A stretch of 44,109 bases of DNA from a virus, in the IMG/VR virus record IMGVR_UViG_3300025812_000003, one strand, 5' to 3'. Of the stretch, positions 9,190 through 18,135 are shown in pieces. The notes beneath the pieces are model-generated. The model made no database searches. It saw only the letters and a list, made by a program, of their open reading frames with translations, and was not told the origin of the DNA. Numbering within the stretch: position 1 is the first letter of the stretch; each line of letters starts with the position of its first letter. Made by a program: the position numbers and the translations under genes.

Positions 9190-10788
9190 CTAGTGGACGA
9201 CGCAGACGTAGTCCGGGTTGCCGCCCGTCCGGTAGAAGTCCCCGGCCGCCAGCCCTCCCGTGATCGCCGCCGCGTTGTTGGCGTATGCGGGCAGCCCCGC
9301 TACGGCCAGCTTCGAGTGCGGGGTGGTCGTCCCGATGCCGACGTTGCCGCCGACTTGCGATAGCCCGGGGTTCCAAACCGCGCCTTGGCCGTCATAAAAT
9401 AAGAACCCTCCCGAGGACTGAGTGTTGAGAGCGAAGCGCTTGGCGCTGCCGGTGAAAATGGAAAGCCCGGTTGCGGCGTCGGTCGAGGTGCTGATGGTGA
9501 GCCGGGAGCCGACTTGGCCGGACATGGAGGGGTCGGCCGTGCCGACCCCCAGATTGCCCGTGGTCGTGATGGCCACCGGAGGATTGCTTCCTCGCTGAGC
9601 AAAGAAATGGGTGCCAACGGCGGGAATTGCCGTCCCAATCGAAAGGCCGCCGCCCTGGAGTGCCGCGGCAGAATATATGAGCGGAAACCAATAGCTGTCG
9701 GAACCGGGCGCATGAGTGATGTTAGCGCCCACCGTTGCGATCCACGGGGAGCCGCCACAGACTACCATGCTGAATTTACTGTAGGAAACTGTGGGGTCCC
9801 ATTGCCAGAGAGGGGTGCTTGCTATGCCATGAACGACAGTGGAACCAAAGGGTATCCAGGACTGGACAGGTTGCCACAGATTTGCCCAGTAGGTGGGCTG
9901 TTTGTCGGGCTCCTCGTTGGAGTTGTTGGTAAGGCAGCCGTAGACATCACAGCTATACTGGCTCTGGAAGCTCACCACCTGCCCAACGGTGTAAGCATTG
10001 CCCGATGCCCACGAGCCCTTAAATGCGCCCGATGCCCCCATGCTCCCCCAGTTAGTATTGCCTGCCGAGGGAACGGAGTTGGTGCTGGCTGTAAGCGCCT
10101 GCCAGATTGACGAGTTGTGGGAAACCATCTGCCCGGTGACGTAGGTGATTGTGGACGACCACTCACCCATGAAGAAGGAGCCCACAAGACCAGCAATTCC
10201 TGACATCGCTCCGTCAGGGGGGGCATTCCCTATGTTGTTAAACCGCACCGAAACGAACGTGTCTCCATTGTACGATACAACGTTGCCCGAGCCGTAGGTC
10301 GTAGTAGGACTGTACGCTGGTGGGACCCAGGTAATGACGTTCATGTAGGGATAGAAAGAATCCAGAAATGGAGTAGGTATAACGGTGGCCCCTGTAAGCT
10401 GCAGCCAGCAAGCCGCTGGGGGGGTACAACCCTGATTGCCGTCGATGGTGGATATGTATGCATTTCCTTGGTACATCACTACTTCGTACAAGTTGTAGGT
10501 ATAGTCTGTCCACTCAGTGACCGCAATCAGGAGCGTTCCCTCGCTACTCAGAGCGTTGGGGATTGGGAACCATGGACCCAGCAGATTTGCTCCGGGATCG
10601 GGCACGTTGCCTAAGTTGCTGTCCATAGTCGATACCCAAAGAAGCCCGCCATAGCTCACGACGGAGTACTTGGGGTAGGTCAGATACCCCCTCCAGGACA
10701 TGGGAGTAGTTGAAAACTGAAGTAGCCCGCTTTCCGAAAAGCTACCGTTGATTGGAATACTTAGACCTGCAGAATATACGCTGCCCAT
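9190..10788 (-). CDS. tail-fibre/receptor-binding-like protein with CBM5/12-like repeats
   Basis: Several W-x4/5-Y-xx-G-xx-V-x-Y/H-x-G repeats ending P..W; C-terminal GNLGVGTADP and GNVGIGTTTP..LPAYANNAAA..GLAAGDFY typical of fibre/adhesin ends; RBS AAGGAGG. Confidence 0.65.
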   Translation of the reverse strand: MGSVYSAGLSIPINGSFSESGLLQFSTTPMSWRGYLTYPKYSVVSYGGLLWVSTMDSNLGNVPDPGANLLGPWFPIPNALSSEGTLLIAVTEWTDYTYNLYEVVMYQGNAYISTIDGNQGCTPPAACWLQLTGATVIPTPFLDSFYPYMNVITWVPPAYSPTTTYGSGNVVSYNGDTFVSVRFNNIGNAPPDGAMSGIAGLVGSFFMGEWSSTITYVTGQMVSHNSSIWQALTASTNSVPSAGNTNWGSMGASGAFKGSWASGNAYTVGQVVSFQSQYSCDVYGCLTNNSNEEPDKQPTYWANLWQPVQSWIPFGSTVVHGIASTPLWQWDPTVSYSKFSMVVCGGSPWIATVGANITHAPGSDSYWFPLIYSAAALQGGGLSIGTAIPAVGTHFFAQRGSNPPVAITTTGNLGVGTADPSMSGQVGSRLTISTSTDAATGLSIFTGSAKRFALNTQSSGGFLFYDGQGAVWNPGLSQVGGNVGIGTTTPHSKLAVAGLPAYANNAAAITGGLAAGDFYRTGGNPDYVCVVH

Positions 10789-10959
10789 TTGGTTTGCCTC
10801 CTTAGGCGGAACGGCTTATGGCGAGTCGGCAGGGACGGAGATGTCGGGCGTCGTTGCCCAGCATTGGGTTCCATTCGAAAGGATGGCCAACTAGAACGTC
10901 CCCTCACCTATGGGATGCGTAGTCGGTATATTTATGGTTGGAATAAGAAAACAAAGGAG

Positions 10960-13900
10960 TTATGCTTTATCCAGCTTTTCCAGCTCCTCTTTCAGCACGG
11001 CACGGTCCCGCTCGACCTGCGACCACCCCTTCCGGTAGGTCTCGTCCATCGAGGCCCCCTTGGTGAAATGGTGGTGGGTCAGCCTGGCGGATTCGTCCCT
11101 GAACGCCTCCCCGAGCCTCGACGCCTTGGCCCAGAGGAGGTTGTCGCACCCCACGTGGTGGAATCTCTCGGAAAAGACCTCCCCGAGCCTGTCGAACAGG
11201 TCCTTGCGGATGAGAAAGTGCTCACAGGCGTTTCCCCCGTCCGGGAGCAGGGGGCCCGTGTTGACCGCCACGAGCCCGTGCTCCCTTGACGACAGCGCCG
11301 CCCGGTAGAGACACCACGGGTCGGAGAACTCCACGTCGTCGGCGGCGAAGAAGAAGGCGGCGGCCTCGGCGGCCCTGCACATCCGGTTGACCTTCACGGG
11401 CACGGTGTCGGTGGTGCCGTCCACCAGGATCGTGACGAGGTGCTTCGGGTAGTACAGCCCATCTATCGAGTCCACGCACCGCCTCAACCCCTCCGGCCTT
11501 CCCAGGGCGGGGATGACGAAGGCGACGCGGGGCAGGTAGTCCTTCTTGCTGTAGTGGGCGGCGTCGACCCACGACTTCATGCAGTGGTGGAAGAGCCTCG
11601 TGTTGGGGGTGACGTTGATGGTGCCAGTCCGGTGGTTGTAGGGCGTGAAGTACTCCGGGGGATAGACCGCCACGCCCGGATGCCCGCTCCCGCCCTCCTT
11701 TACCAGGGGGGTGAAGACCTCCGTCGCGGCCGCGAAGGGGAAGTCCTCGTCCCCCTTGAATTTGCTCTCCATGAGCCTCATCTGCTCCCGGATCAAAGGA
11801 TGGTTCGGGATCGAGCCGATGGGGGAGTTCCCGACCCATCCGTCCTCCCCCGTGCCCACGAAGAGCGAATGGCCCAGCATGTCGTCGAAGCTCCTGCCGG
11901 GAAGGACCTCCTCGTCCAGGTCGCAGTAGATTCCCCCGCGTTCCGCCAGCTCGTGGAGCCGCCAGTAGTCCGAGACGTTGACCCATTTTTTAGCAGCCAC
12001 ACCGGCGTCCATGTAGGGGATTCCCCTGGGCAGGTCCTTGAGGGTGAGGACCTGGTGCTCGTACCCCCCCATCGCCCTCTGCGTGGCCAGGCACTTCCCC
12101 ATGGCGGGCGGGATGCCCCCGTCCTCGGACAGCCATATGTTGAAGATCCTCCTGGGTATGGGGGCCCTGCCCAGGCTGGCGGACCCGGGCTCCTTGACCC
12201 ACGACTTCAGGAAATGGTGGAAGGTAATGCTATGGCTGGTGACGTTGGTCCTGCCGGTCTGGTGGTTGTAGGGGTAGAAGACCTCCGGAATGCACACGAG
12301 GATGCCCTCGTCCTTGCTGGCGGCGGCCAGGATGCGGGGGGTGATGATCTCCAGGGAGGACTCGAAGTTCTTGTCGTCGTCCCCCCTGAACTTGGCTACG
12401 ACCTCCTCCAGGTGCGCTTTGAGGAGCGGATGCCCCGGCTCCGCCCCCATGACGGCGGTGGACACGAAGCCGTTCTCCTCCCGCCCAGCGAACAGCGAGC
12501 GGCGGAGCAGCCCGCGGAAATCCTTGCCGGGGAGGATCTCCACGTCGGCGTCGCAGTATATGCCGCCCCGCTCGATCAGCTCGTGTATGCGGACGTAGTC
12601 GCACGCCTTGACCCATTTCTTGGCCCCGATGGCGGCGTCCAGGTAGGGGATGCCCTTCGGGCAGTCGCCCAGTCCGATGACGTGGTGCTCGTATCCCTCG
12701 ACCGCCCTCTGGCTGGCGATGCACTTCCTCACGAGGTCCGGCATGCTTCCGTCCTCGGAGAGCCAGACGGTGAAGATGCGCCTGGGAATCCTGTCGGGCG
12801 GCTCGGACCTCGTCTCCTTGAACCAGATGCTCTCGCACTTTTCCGTCCCCGGGACACACTCGTCCACCGCCTCGCAGACGCCCATCCAGGTGCCGGGGAG
12901 GTAGTCGTGCCCCGACAGGACGACATCGGCCATGTCCCGCCACAGCCCGATGTCCTCCTTGACCTCCTCCTTGGTGTGCCCGGCGTCGATGAACACCATG
13001 CCGAACCTGCGCCCCTCGACGGCGCACTTGGCGGCGGCCTCGCGGCTCGTCATGCGCAGGACTTCGAGGTTCTTGAAGTGCCCGACGTTCTTCGTGAACG
13101 TGGCGAAGATGTCCTCCGCCTTCGCCATGGCGTTGGTCTGGTCCCTCGGGTCCACGGAGCCCTGGAAGGTGTCGACGCACGTCACCGTGCCCTTGCACCC
13201 GGACAGCAGGGCGTGGGTGCTCCTCCCCTTCCAGCTCCCCAGCTCCAGGACGCTGTCCATCCCCTTGGCCTTCTCGTAGAGCCAGTTGAGCTCGCCGATG
13301 CTCATCCACCCCTCGATGCCCTGGTCCTTGTACTCGTAGTCCCGGGGATAGTAGAACTGCCTTTCAGCCTGGTACTTCGGGTTGGCCGGGTCGTAGGCGA
13401 ACGCCTTGTCGTAGTGCTCCTTCGACCGCGCCTTGTCGCCGAGCCACCACAGCGCCCAGTACAGCTTCTCGTGCGGCTCGTAGGTGTAGTGCGCCCCGAG
13501 GTTGCAGTAGCAGTCGTTCGGGGGTATCTCCAGGGCCGCCGAGCAGTAGCAGGCGACCTTCTGCGGGTCGTTCTTCCTCCAGTAATGGTCGGCGAGGCGG
13601 AGCAGCGGCTCCCTGCGCGTCCCGTCCGCCAGGAACGCCCTGTGCCAGGAGTCGAGTGCCTTCCCCTCCTCCCCGAGCGCCATCCATGCGTCCCCGATGA
13701 ACACCAGCGACTGGCCCCTCTCCTGCGCCCACCGGTTCATAGCGACGTGGCGGGCCAGCTCCTTGATGGCGGACTTCGGCCTTCCCCTCCACAGGAGCTC
13801 GCGCCCGAGGTAGTGGGAGTTCCGGTCGTTGCCCTGGTTGAGGTAGCAGTCGAGCGCCAGCCCGGCGAGGTAGCGGTCCCTGTGCGGGTCGTTGTCGGGC

Positions 13901-14502
13901 AACTGGAAGTGCTCCAGGAGGAGGACACTCGGGGGGAGGTAGGTGCGCTCGGCCTCGCCCACCAGGACCTCGTGGACGATTCCCTGCCAGCGCATCTTCC
14001 TGCGGTCGTACATCTTGCACTGCTTGAACTGGACGGCCGGCTGGCCGTTGGGGTAGTGCGAGAAGACGAAGTGGAACTCCATCTGCTCGTAGCCCCGCCT
14101 GACGGCCTCCTCGATGGCGTCGATGTCGCACACGGAGAATTGCTCGTCGCAGTCGGGCATCGAGACGACGTCGTTCGTGGCCAGGAAGGCGGAATGGTTC
14201 CTGGCGGCGGCATAGTTGAACAGCCTGTCCCCCTGGCGGACTATCGGGGCCTCCCCCTCCACAACGAACCGGGCATTGATCTTGTCCGCGATGCCGGGGG
14301 GCATGTCGAACATGAACTTGTCCCCCACGCAATGGACGGAGAACCCTGCGGCCCTGCCAACCTCCACGGTCCCGTCCGTGGATCCCGTGTCCACAAGGAC
14401 CACCTCGCCCCCCCGTCCCAGGAACCCCCCCAGCGAGGCGATCAGCCGCGGGAGCGTCCTCTCCGCGTTCTTCCCTATCAGGCACACGCTGAAGTTGACC
14501 AT
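10960..14502 (-). CDS. multidomain glycosyltransferase: GT2 + TPR + class I methyltransferase + two DxD (GT32-like) domains + GT2-like domain
   Basis: SVCLIGKN..LVDTGSTDGT..AARN..DCDE; TPR-like helices; VLELGSWKGRST..VFIDAGH..SGHDY; twice IPRRIF.WL..ERGGIYCDxD; C-terminal VAFVIPALGR..AADD. Confidence 0.85.
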   Translation of the reverse strand: MVNFSVCLIGKNAERTLPRLIASLGGFLGRGGEVVLVDTGSTDGTVEVGRAAGFSVHCVGDKFMFDMPPGIADKINARFVVEGEAPIVRQGDRLFNYAAARNHSAFLATNDVVSMPDCDEQFSVCDIDAIEEAVRRGYEQMEFHFVFSHYPNGQPAVQFKQCKMYDRRKMRWQGIVHEVLVGEAERTYLPPSVLLLEHFQLPDNDPHRDRYLAGLALDCYLNQGNDRNSHYLGRELLWRGRPKSAIKELARHVAMNRWAQERGQSLVFIGDAWMALGEEGKALDSWHRAFLADGTRREPLLRLADHYWRKNDPQKVACYCSAALEIPPNDCYCNLGAHYTYEPHEKLYWALWWLGDKARSKEHYDKAFAYDPANPKYQAERQFYYPRDYEYKDQGIEGWMSIGELNWLYEKAKGMDSVLELGSWKGRSTHALLSGCKGTVTCVDTFQGSVDPRDQTNAMAKAEDIFATFTKNVGHFKNLEVLRMTSREAAAKCAVEGRRFGMVFIDAGHTKEEVKEDIGLWRDMADVVLSGHDYLPGTWMGVCEAVDECVPGTEKCESIWFKETRSEPPDRIPRRIFTVWLSEDGSMPDLVRKCIASQRAVEGYEHHVIGLGDCPKGIPYLDAAIGAKKWVKACDYVRIHELIERGGIYCDADVEILPGKDFRGLLRRSLFAGREENGFVSTAVMGAEPGHPLLKAHLEEVVAKFRGDDDKNFESSLEIITPRILAAASKDEGILVCIPEVFYPYNHQTGRTNVTSHSITFHHFLKSWVKEPGSASLGRAPIPRRIFNIWLSEDGGIPPAMGKCLATQRAMGGYEHQVLTLKDLPRGIPYMDAGVAAKKWVNVSDYWRLHELAERGGIYCDLDEEVLPGRSFDDMLGHSLFVGTGEDGWVGNSPIGSIPNHPLIREQMRLMESKFKGDEDFPFAAATEVFTPLVKEGGSGHPGVAVYPPEYFTPYNHRTGTINVTPNTRLFHHCMKSWVDAAHYSKKDYLPRVAFVIPALGRPEGLRRCVDSIDGLYYPKHLVTILVDGTTDTVPVKVNRMCRAAEAAAFFFAADDVEFSDPWCLYRAALSSREHGLVAVNTGPLLPDGGNACEHFLIRKDLFDRLGEVFSERFHHVGCDNLLWAKASRLGEAFRDESARLTHHHFTKGASMDETYRKGWSQVERDRAVLKEELEKLDKA

Positions 14503-14537
14503 GCCGTCTCAATACTTGGTTTGCCGCAAGGCGGGGC

Positions 14538-15113
14538 CTACCTGGTCCTCGGGGGCCAGCATACCTTCTTGTTCTTGATGTTTGCCAGAGCCGGGTAGTC
14601 CCTTTCCGCAAGGTAGTCCCGCGACAGGTTGGCTGGATTTTTCGGGGTCTCGTGCTGCTCGAACGGCTGGGCGGTGTCGTCGATGTGCTTCTGGTTCTCC
14701 CGGTTGGCTATCTCCTCGGACCCGTGGAACATCTCCCCGAGCTCGCCGGAGATGTCGTAGCCATAGGCCACCTTCCTGCCCGCCAGGACGTCCAGGACCC
14801 CCCTCAGCTTCAGCATGGCGGCGCGCTGGAGCGCCATGGCGGACTCGTAGTCCCCGGAGCGGGCGGACTCCTTCGAGCCGGAAACGTCCCGCTTGGCCAG
14901 GCCCACGTCCCTTTGCAGGCGGGCGGCGGATGGGGGGAGGGAGGCATAGACGCCGAGGAGCAGCTCCTTGAGCTTGGGGTAGGCCTCCAGGAAGGCGGCG
15001 CGGGCGTCCCCGCCCCCGGCAAAGATGGCCTTCCATAGCTGTGCGGCAAGCCCGTCGAGCCTGCCGACGGCGGCGGGCCCGTCGGCCTTCTTGCAAAGGA
15101 GCGGGTTGCGCAT
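14538..15113 (-). CDS. hypothetical protein
   Basis: RBS GGAGG; 191 aa. Confidence 0.6.
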   Translation of the reverse strand: MRNPLLCKKADGPAAVGRLDGLAAQLWKAIFAGGGDARAAFLEAYPKLKELLLGVYASLPPSAARLQRDVGLAKRDVSGSKESARSGDYESAMALQRAAMLKLRGVLDVLAGRKVAYGYDISGELGEMFHGSEEIANRENQKHIDDTAQPFEQHETPKNPANLSRDYLAERDYPALANIKNKKVCWPPRTR

Positions 15114-15148
15114 GGTCCTCCCTGAATAGGGAACGAAAAGACGCGGGA

Positions 15149-15430
15149 CTAGGGGACGGTCGGGTCGGGAAGGGCCTCCGTGGGGGGGACGGGGGCGGCG
15201 GGGGGCTCGGCCTCGGCGGGCACGGCGGCGCAGTCGATGATCAGAGGCTGCTGGAACAGGCGGAAGAAGGTGGCGTTCCGCACGAGGCTCTGGTATTCCC
15301 TGACCACGCTCCTGGGCATCCGGGCCCGCAGGTCAGCGACTTCGGCGGAGGATACGGAAATCTCGTATTCCCCGCACGGGAGCAGGGTCCCGTATTTCCT
15401 GACGATGGCGGCGAACATGTCTGGGGTCAT
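15149..15430 (-). CDS. hypothetical protein
   Basis: 93 aa, operon-like spacing. Confidence 0.55.
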   Translation of the reverse strand: MTPDMFAAIVRKYGTLLPCGEYEISVSSAEVADLRARMPRSVVREYQSLVRNATFFRLFQQPLIIDCAAVPAEAEPPAAPVPPTEALPDPTVP

Positions 15431-15433
15431 CCC

Positions 15434-15673
15434 TCACCTCTCGAAGAAGCCATGGGACTCGGCATATCCCCTTATGGCCTCGGCATCGGCGCGCTCCCGC
15501 CAGGTGCCGTATTTGATCAGCACGTAGGTGTGGTCCTTGTCGGCCTGGAGGCCCCGCAGGGACTCCGGGCCGGGCACGTACCTTGCCGTCTCCGGCCTGG
15601 CCCACGGCTGGCGCAGGTCGAGCCAGTGGCAGTACTGCTCGTAGCTTCCGGCCAGGATCAGGTGCGTGACCAT
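15434..15673 (-). CDS. hypothetical protein
   Basis: 79 aa, operon-like spacing. Confidence 0.55.
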   Translation of the reverse strand: MVTHLILAGSYEQYCHWLDLRQPWARPETARYVPGPESLRGLQADKDHTYVLIKYGTWRERADAEAIRGYAESHGFFER

Positions 15674-15680
15674 GCTGTCC

Positions 15681-16451
15681 CTACAGGCTGCAAATACCGC
15701 CGGATGGCGATCCCGGAACGTCCGCCACGACCGGGGGGTAGGCGGACAGCCTGTTCTCGTGGGGGTAGCCGAACGGGTTCGCGACGACCCTGGTCCCGCC
15801 CATCGTGCGGTCGTATGGGAGGTGGGTGTGCCCGTACACCCACAGCCTCGGCTGCTTCTCCAGGATCAGGCTCGTGAGGTCCGAGACGAAGAACCGGTTG
15901 AGGTTCTCCCTGTCGTCCCTGTAGCGCGGATGGATGGCCAGGATGGACGGGACGTGGTGGGACAGCACGACCGTGCCCTCCCGGACGAGCCTCCACGCGG
16001 CCTCCTGGAAGGCCCCGTTCTCCGTATAGACCCAGTCGGCGAACCCCCTTATCTGAGAGAAGTCGTTGAGCTTGTGCCTGTGGTACCAGTTTTCCTTGTC
16101 GAGCGGGAACCAGAGGGTGCCCCCGAAGAAACGGACGCCCTCGACGGTCTCGTCGCCGTTCCGCAGCCAGTGGAAGTTCGGGGGCATGGCCTCGGACAGG
16201 ACGGCCTCCGCCTCCTCCTTGGAGCCGCCGTAGTACTCATGGTTTCCCGCGACGAACACGGCGTGCCTGGCCTTGCTGGAAAGGAAGCCCAGCACGTCCT
16301 TGATGGCTTGGGGGCTTTGTCGGCAGGGGACGACGAGGTCCCCGGGAAGGAGGAGGAAATCGAGGTTCGGCTCGAAGGGGATGGTCTTGAGGAACCTGAC
16401 CGGGTCTGGGTAGAATTCAGAATGTAAATCTGAAAGTAGCTGTGCCTTCAC
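15681..16451 (-). CDS. calcineurin-like metallophosphoesterase
   Basis: SDLH, PGDL, GNHEYY, SHH, GHTH motifs. Confidence 0.9.
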   Translation of the reverse strand: MKAQLLSDLHSEFYPDPVRFLKTIPFEPNLDFLLLPGDLVVPCRQSPQAIKDVLGFLSSKARHAVFVAGNHEYYGGSKEEAEAVLSEAMPPNFHWLRNGDETVEGVRFFGGTLWFPLDKENWYHRHKLNDFSQIRGFADWVYTENGAFQEAAWRLVREGTVVLSHHVPSILAIHPRYRDDRENLNRFFVSDLTSLILEKQPRLWVYGHTHLPYDRTMGGTRVVANPFGYPHENRLSAYPPVVADVPGSPSGGICSL

Positions 16452-16699
16452 TTGTTCTTCTCCATGTAGTCTAATACCATTTTCACCTCATCAATGGTTG
16501 CATCTCCTTTAAGAACATTGGCACGATATGAGATGACAAACACGTTTCCTGAAATATACCCTTTACTGTTGTTGATGCGATCCAAAGAAGGAGAGTTTGG
16601 ACCCGCTTTACCCCTAGATAAATATAAAGGAATCCCCAGGACTGGACAAATGTCGGGAACCACTATATCTTCAATCTTAATGGTAGATGCCTCTACCAT
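16448..16699 (-). pseudogene. truncated HNH-type homing endonuclease (nuclease end only)
   Basis: AT-rich; PDICPVLGIPL..SPSLDRINNSKGYISGNVFVISYRANVLK closely parallels the C-terminus of 38495-39124; N-terminal part absent. Confidence 0.65.
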
Positions 16700-16720
16700 A
16701 TAATACTGAAAGTCAAAAAA

Positions 16721-16795
<75 letters not shown>

Positions 16796-16803
16796 TTCTA
16801 TTT

Positions 16804-17005
16804 AAGGGCGCGGCAGTCAAGATTTGGGCCGGGGGCCAACGCCGGTCAGCGGCGTGGTGGACTACCAACCATCATCAACGGCGAAAACGAACCACCAACC
16901 ACCGACAACCAACAGTTCCCTAACAGGCTCACGCCCGCAGTGTAACCCTGCCGACTATCTTTATCGTCGGAGGCCAGGTAAGGCTTTCCGACTAGCCGCG
17001 CTCTT
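16804..17005 (-). ncRNA. unassigned ~200-nt structured RNA with GU-repeat loop
   Basis: 5' GCGCGGC-U-AGUC pairs with 3' GACU-GCCGCGC; internal hairpins CCGAC/GUCGG, GCGGGC-GUGA-GCCUGU, ACGCCG/CGGCGU. Confidence 0.6.
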
Positions 17006-17032
17006 CCGGGCGGCCCCCGTCAACTTGGCTGC

Positions 17033-17344
17033 CTACTCCTTCTTGGCCGGCACGAGCTCGCCGAGGACGTCCTCGTTGGGCTCGTATCCCTTGATGGCCG
17101 CCACGGCGTTGGTCGCCTTGATGGCCATGTCCAGCTTCCGGCGCTCGCGGGCGATGTTGGATATGAGCCTGTCCAGGGCCACGACGTCGTACGTCGGCTC
17201 GACCTTCTCCGGCGTGTCGCCCTTCAGTCCGCGATAGGTCGTCCGTGCGGCGGAGTTCTCGTTGCGCAGGCCCTGGAGCTCGGCGTGCCGCTCGGCCAGC
17301 GTCTTCGCCCACGTGAGCCCCTCGTTGATCGTCATCTTTGTCAT
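17033..17344 (-). CDS. DUF6847/DIP1984-like coiled-coil protein
   Basis: MTINEGLTWAKTLAERHAEL..PTYDVVALDRLISNIARERRKLDMAIKATNA; RBS GGAGG; own promoter motif at 17364-17372. Confidence 0.6.
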   Translation of the reverse strand: MTKMTINEGLTWAKTLAERHAELQGLRNENSAARTTYRGLKGDTPEKVEPTYDVVALDRLISNIARERRKLDMAIKATNAVAAIKGYEPNEDVLGELVPAKKE

Positions 17345-17378
17345 GTCCGTTTCCTCCCGAAGCACAATACCGAAAAAT

Positions 17379-17678
17379 TCGTGGACCGGTAAGCCGAATT
17401 CTGTCCCTCTTGCGAGGTGGCAACCATTCGTCTGGGACGGCCGTCGCCGGCCGCCTCAAGCTCGCTACCCGAGGGTGATGCGGGCCGGGCAGGCCCTCCC
17501 CTCCTATTTGCGATTGCTCCGCATGAAGCTTGCCGCGTTTCACTCCGGACCTAACCGGCTCGTCTCTGTGGCGCTGGTTGTCACGCCTTGCGGCGTGCCG
17601 GGGCGTTACCCCGCATGCTGCCCTATGGAGTTCGGACTTTCCTCCCCCCCTCACGGGGCGGCGGTTGCCTGGTCCACA
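17379..17678 (-). ncRNA. rnpB: RNase P RNA (compact bacterial type A-like)
   Basis: GAGGAAAGUCC and ACAGAAUUCGGCUUA P4 signatures; AGCGCCACAGAGA and GUGAAAC conserved regions; P1 GUGGACC/GGUCCAC; GGCAACC/GGUUGCC P2. Confidence 0.95.
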
Positions 17679-17680
17679 AG

Positions 17681-18094
17681 CTAGGCTGCCTGGAACTCCC
17701 CCTGCCTGACCCCCTCCTCGTACCACGAGGCCCAATTGGCCATCTCCCTGAGCGCGAGGTCGGGGTCCAGGTACACCCCCGCGCACGTCCCGCGCCCTCC
17801 CGGGGCGAACATCCTGCGGACCAGCGGGCTCATCCGCTTGATGTCCCCGATGCCGAGGGACAGGAGCTCGAAGTCGGGGCCGGGCGGGAAGCACGGCGTG
17901 CCGTCCCCTCCCTCGGGGGCCTCCTTGAGCCGGAACGATATCCTGCGCTCGGCGGGGAGCGAGACAGCGACCGACACGTCGTCGTCGTACCTGCCCGCGG
18001 ACGACGCCCTGAGCCGGGCCTCGAAGATCGGCTCCTCGGTCCTGTAGAGGCGCTTCACCAAGTCCGCAGCGGATGCCCTGCTTGCATTGTCCAT
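17681..18094 (-). CDS. hypothetical protein
   Basis: ATG 18094 after GGAGG; fills the gap between ssrA and rnpB. Confidence 0.55.
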   Translation of the reverse strand: MDNASRASAADLVKRLYRTEEPIFEARLRASSAGRYDDDVSVAVSLPAERRISFRLKEAPEGGDGTPCFPPGPDFELLSLGIGDIKRMSPLVRRMFAPGGRGTCAGVYLDPDLALREMANWASWYEEGVRQGEFQAA

Positions 18095-18135
18095 TTTCGT
18101 ATACCCTCCAGTCAAATACCAGGGATCACGGAATC

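Noticed and set aside
10812-10886. 24-codon TTG-start ORF upstream of the fibre gene
   Set aside because: Weak start, no motif or other support
11440-14598. 1052-aa plus-strand ORF, and similar long ORFs at 6547-8235, 20373-22166, 28720-30588, 34510-36711 and 42426-44108
   Set aside because: Antisense shadows of real genes caused by high GC3; no motifs
16855-16918. Repeat tract as a CRISPR array or 6S RNA
   Set aside because: Units are 3-4 nt with no spacers; fold is multibranched, not a 6S rod with central bubble
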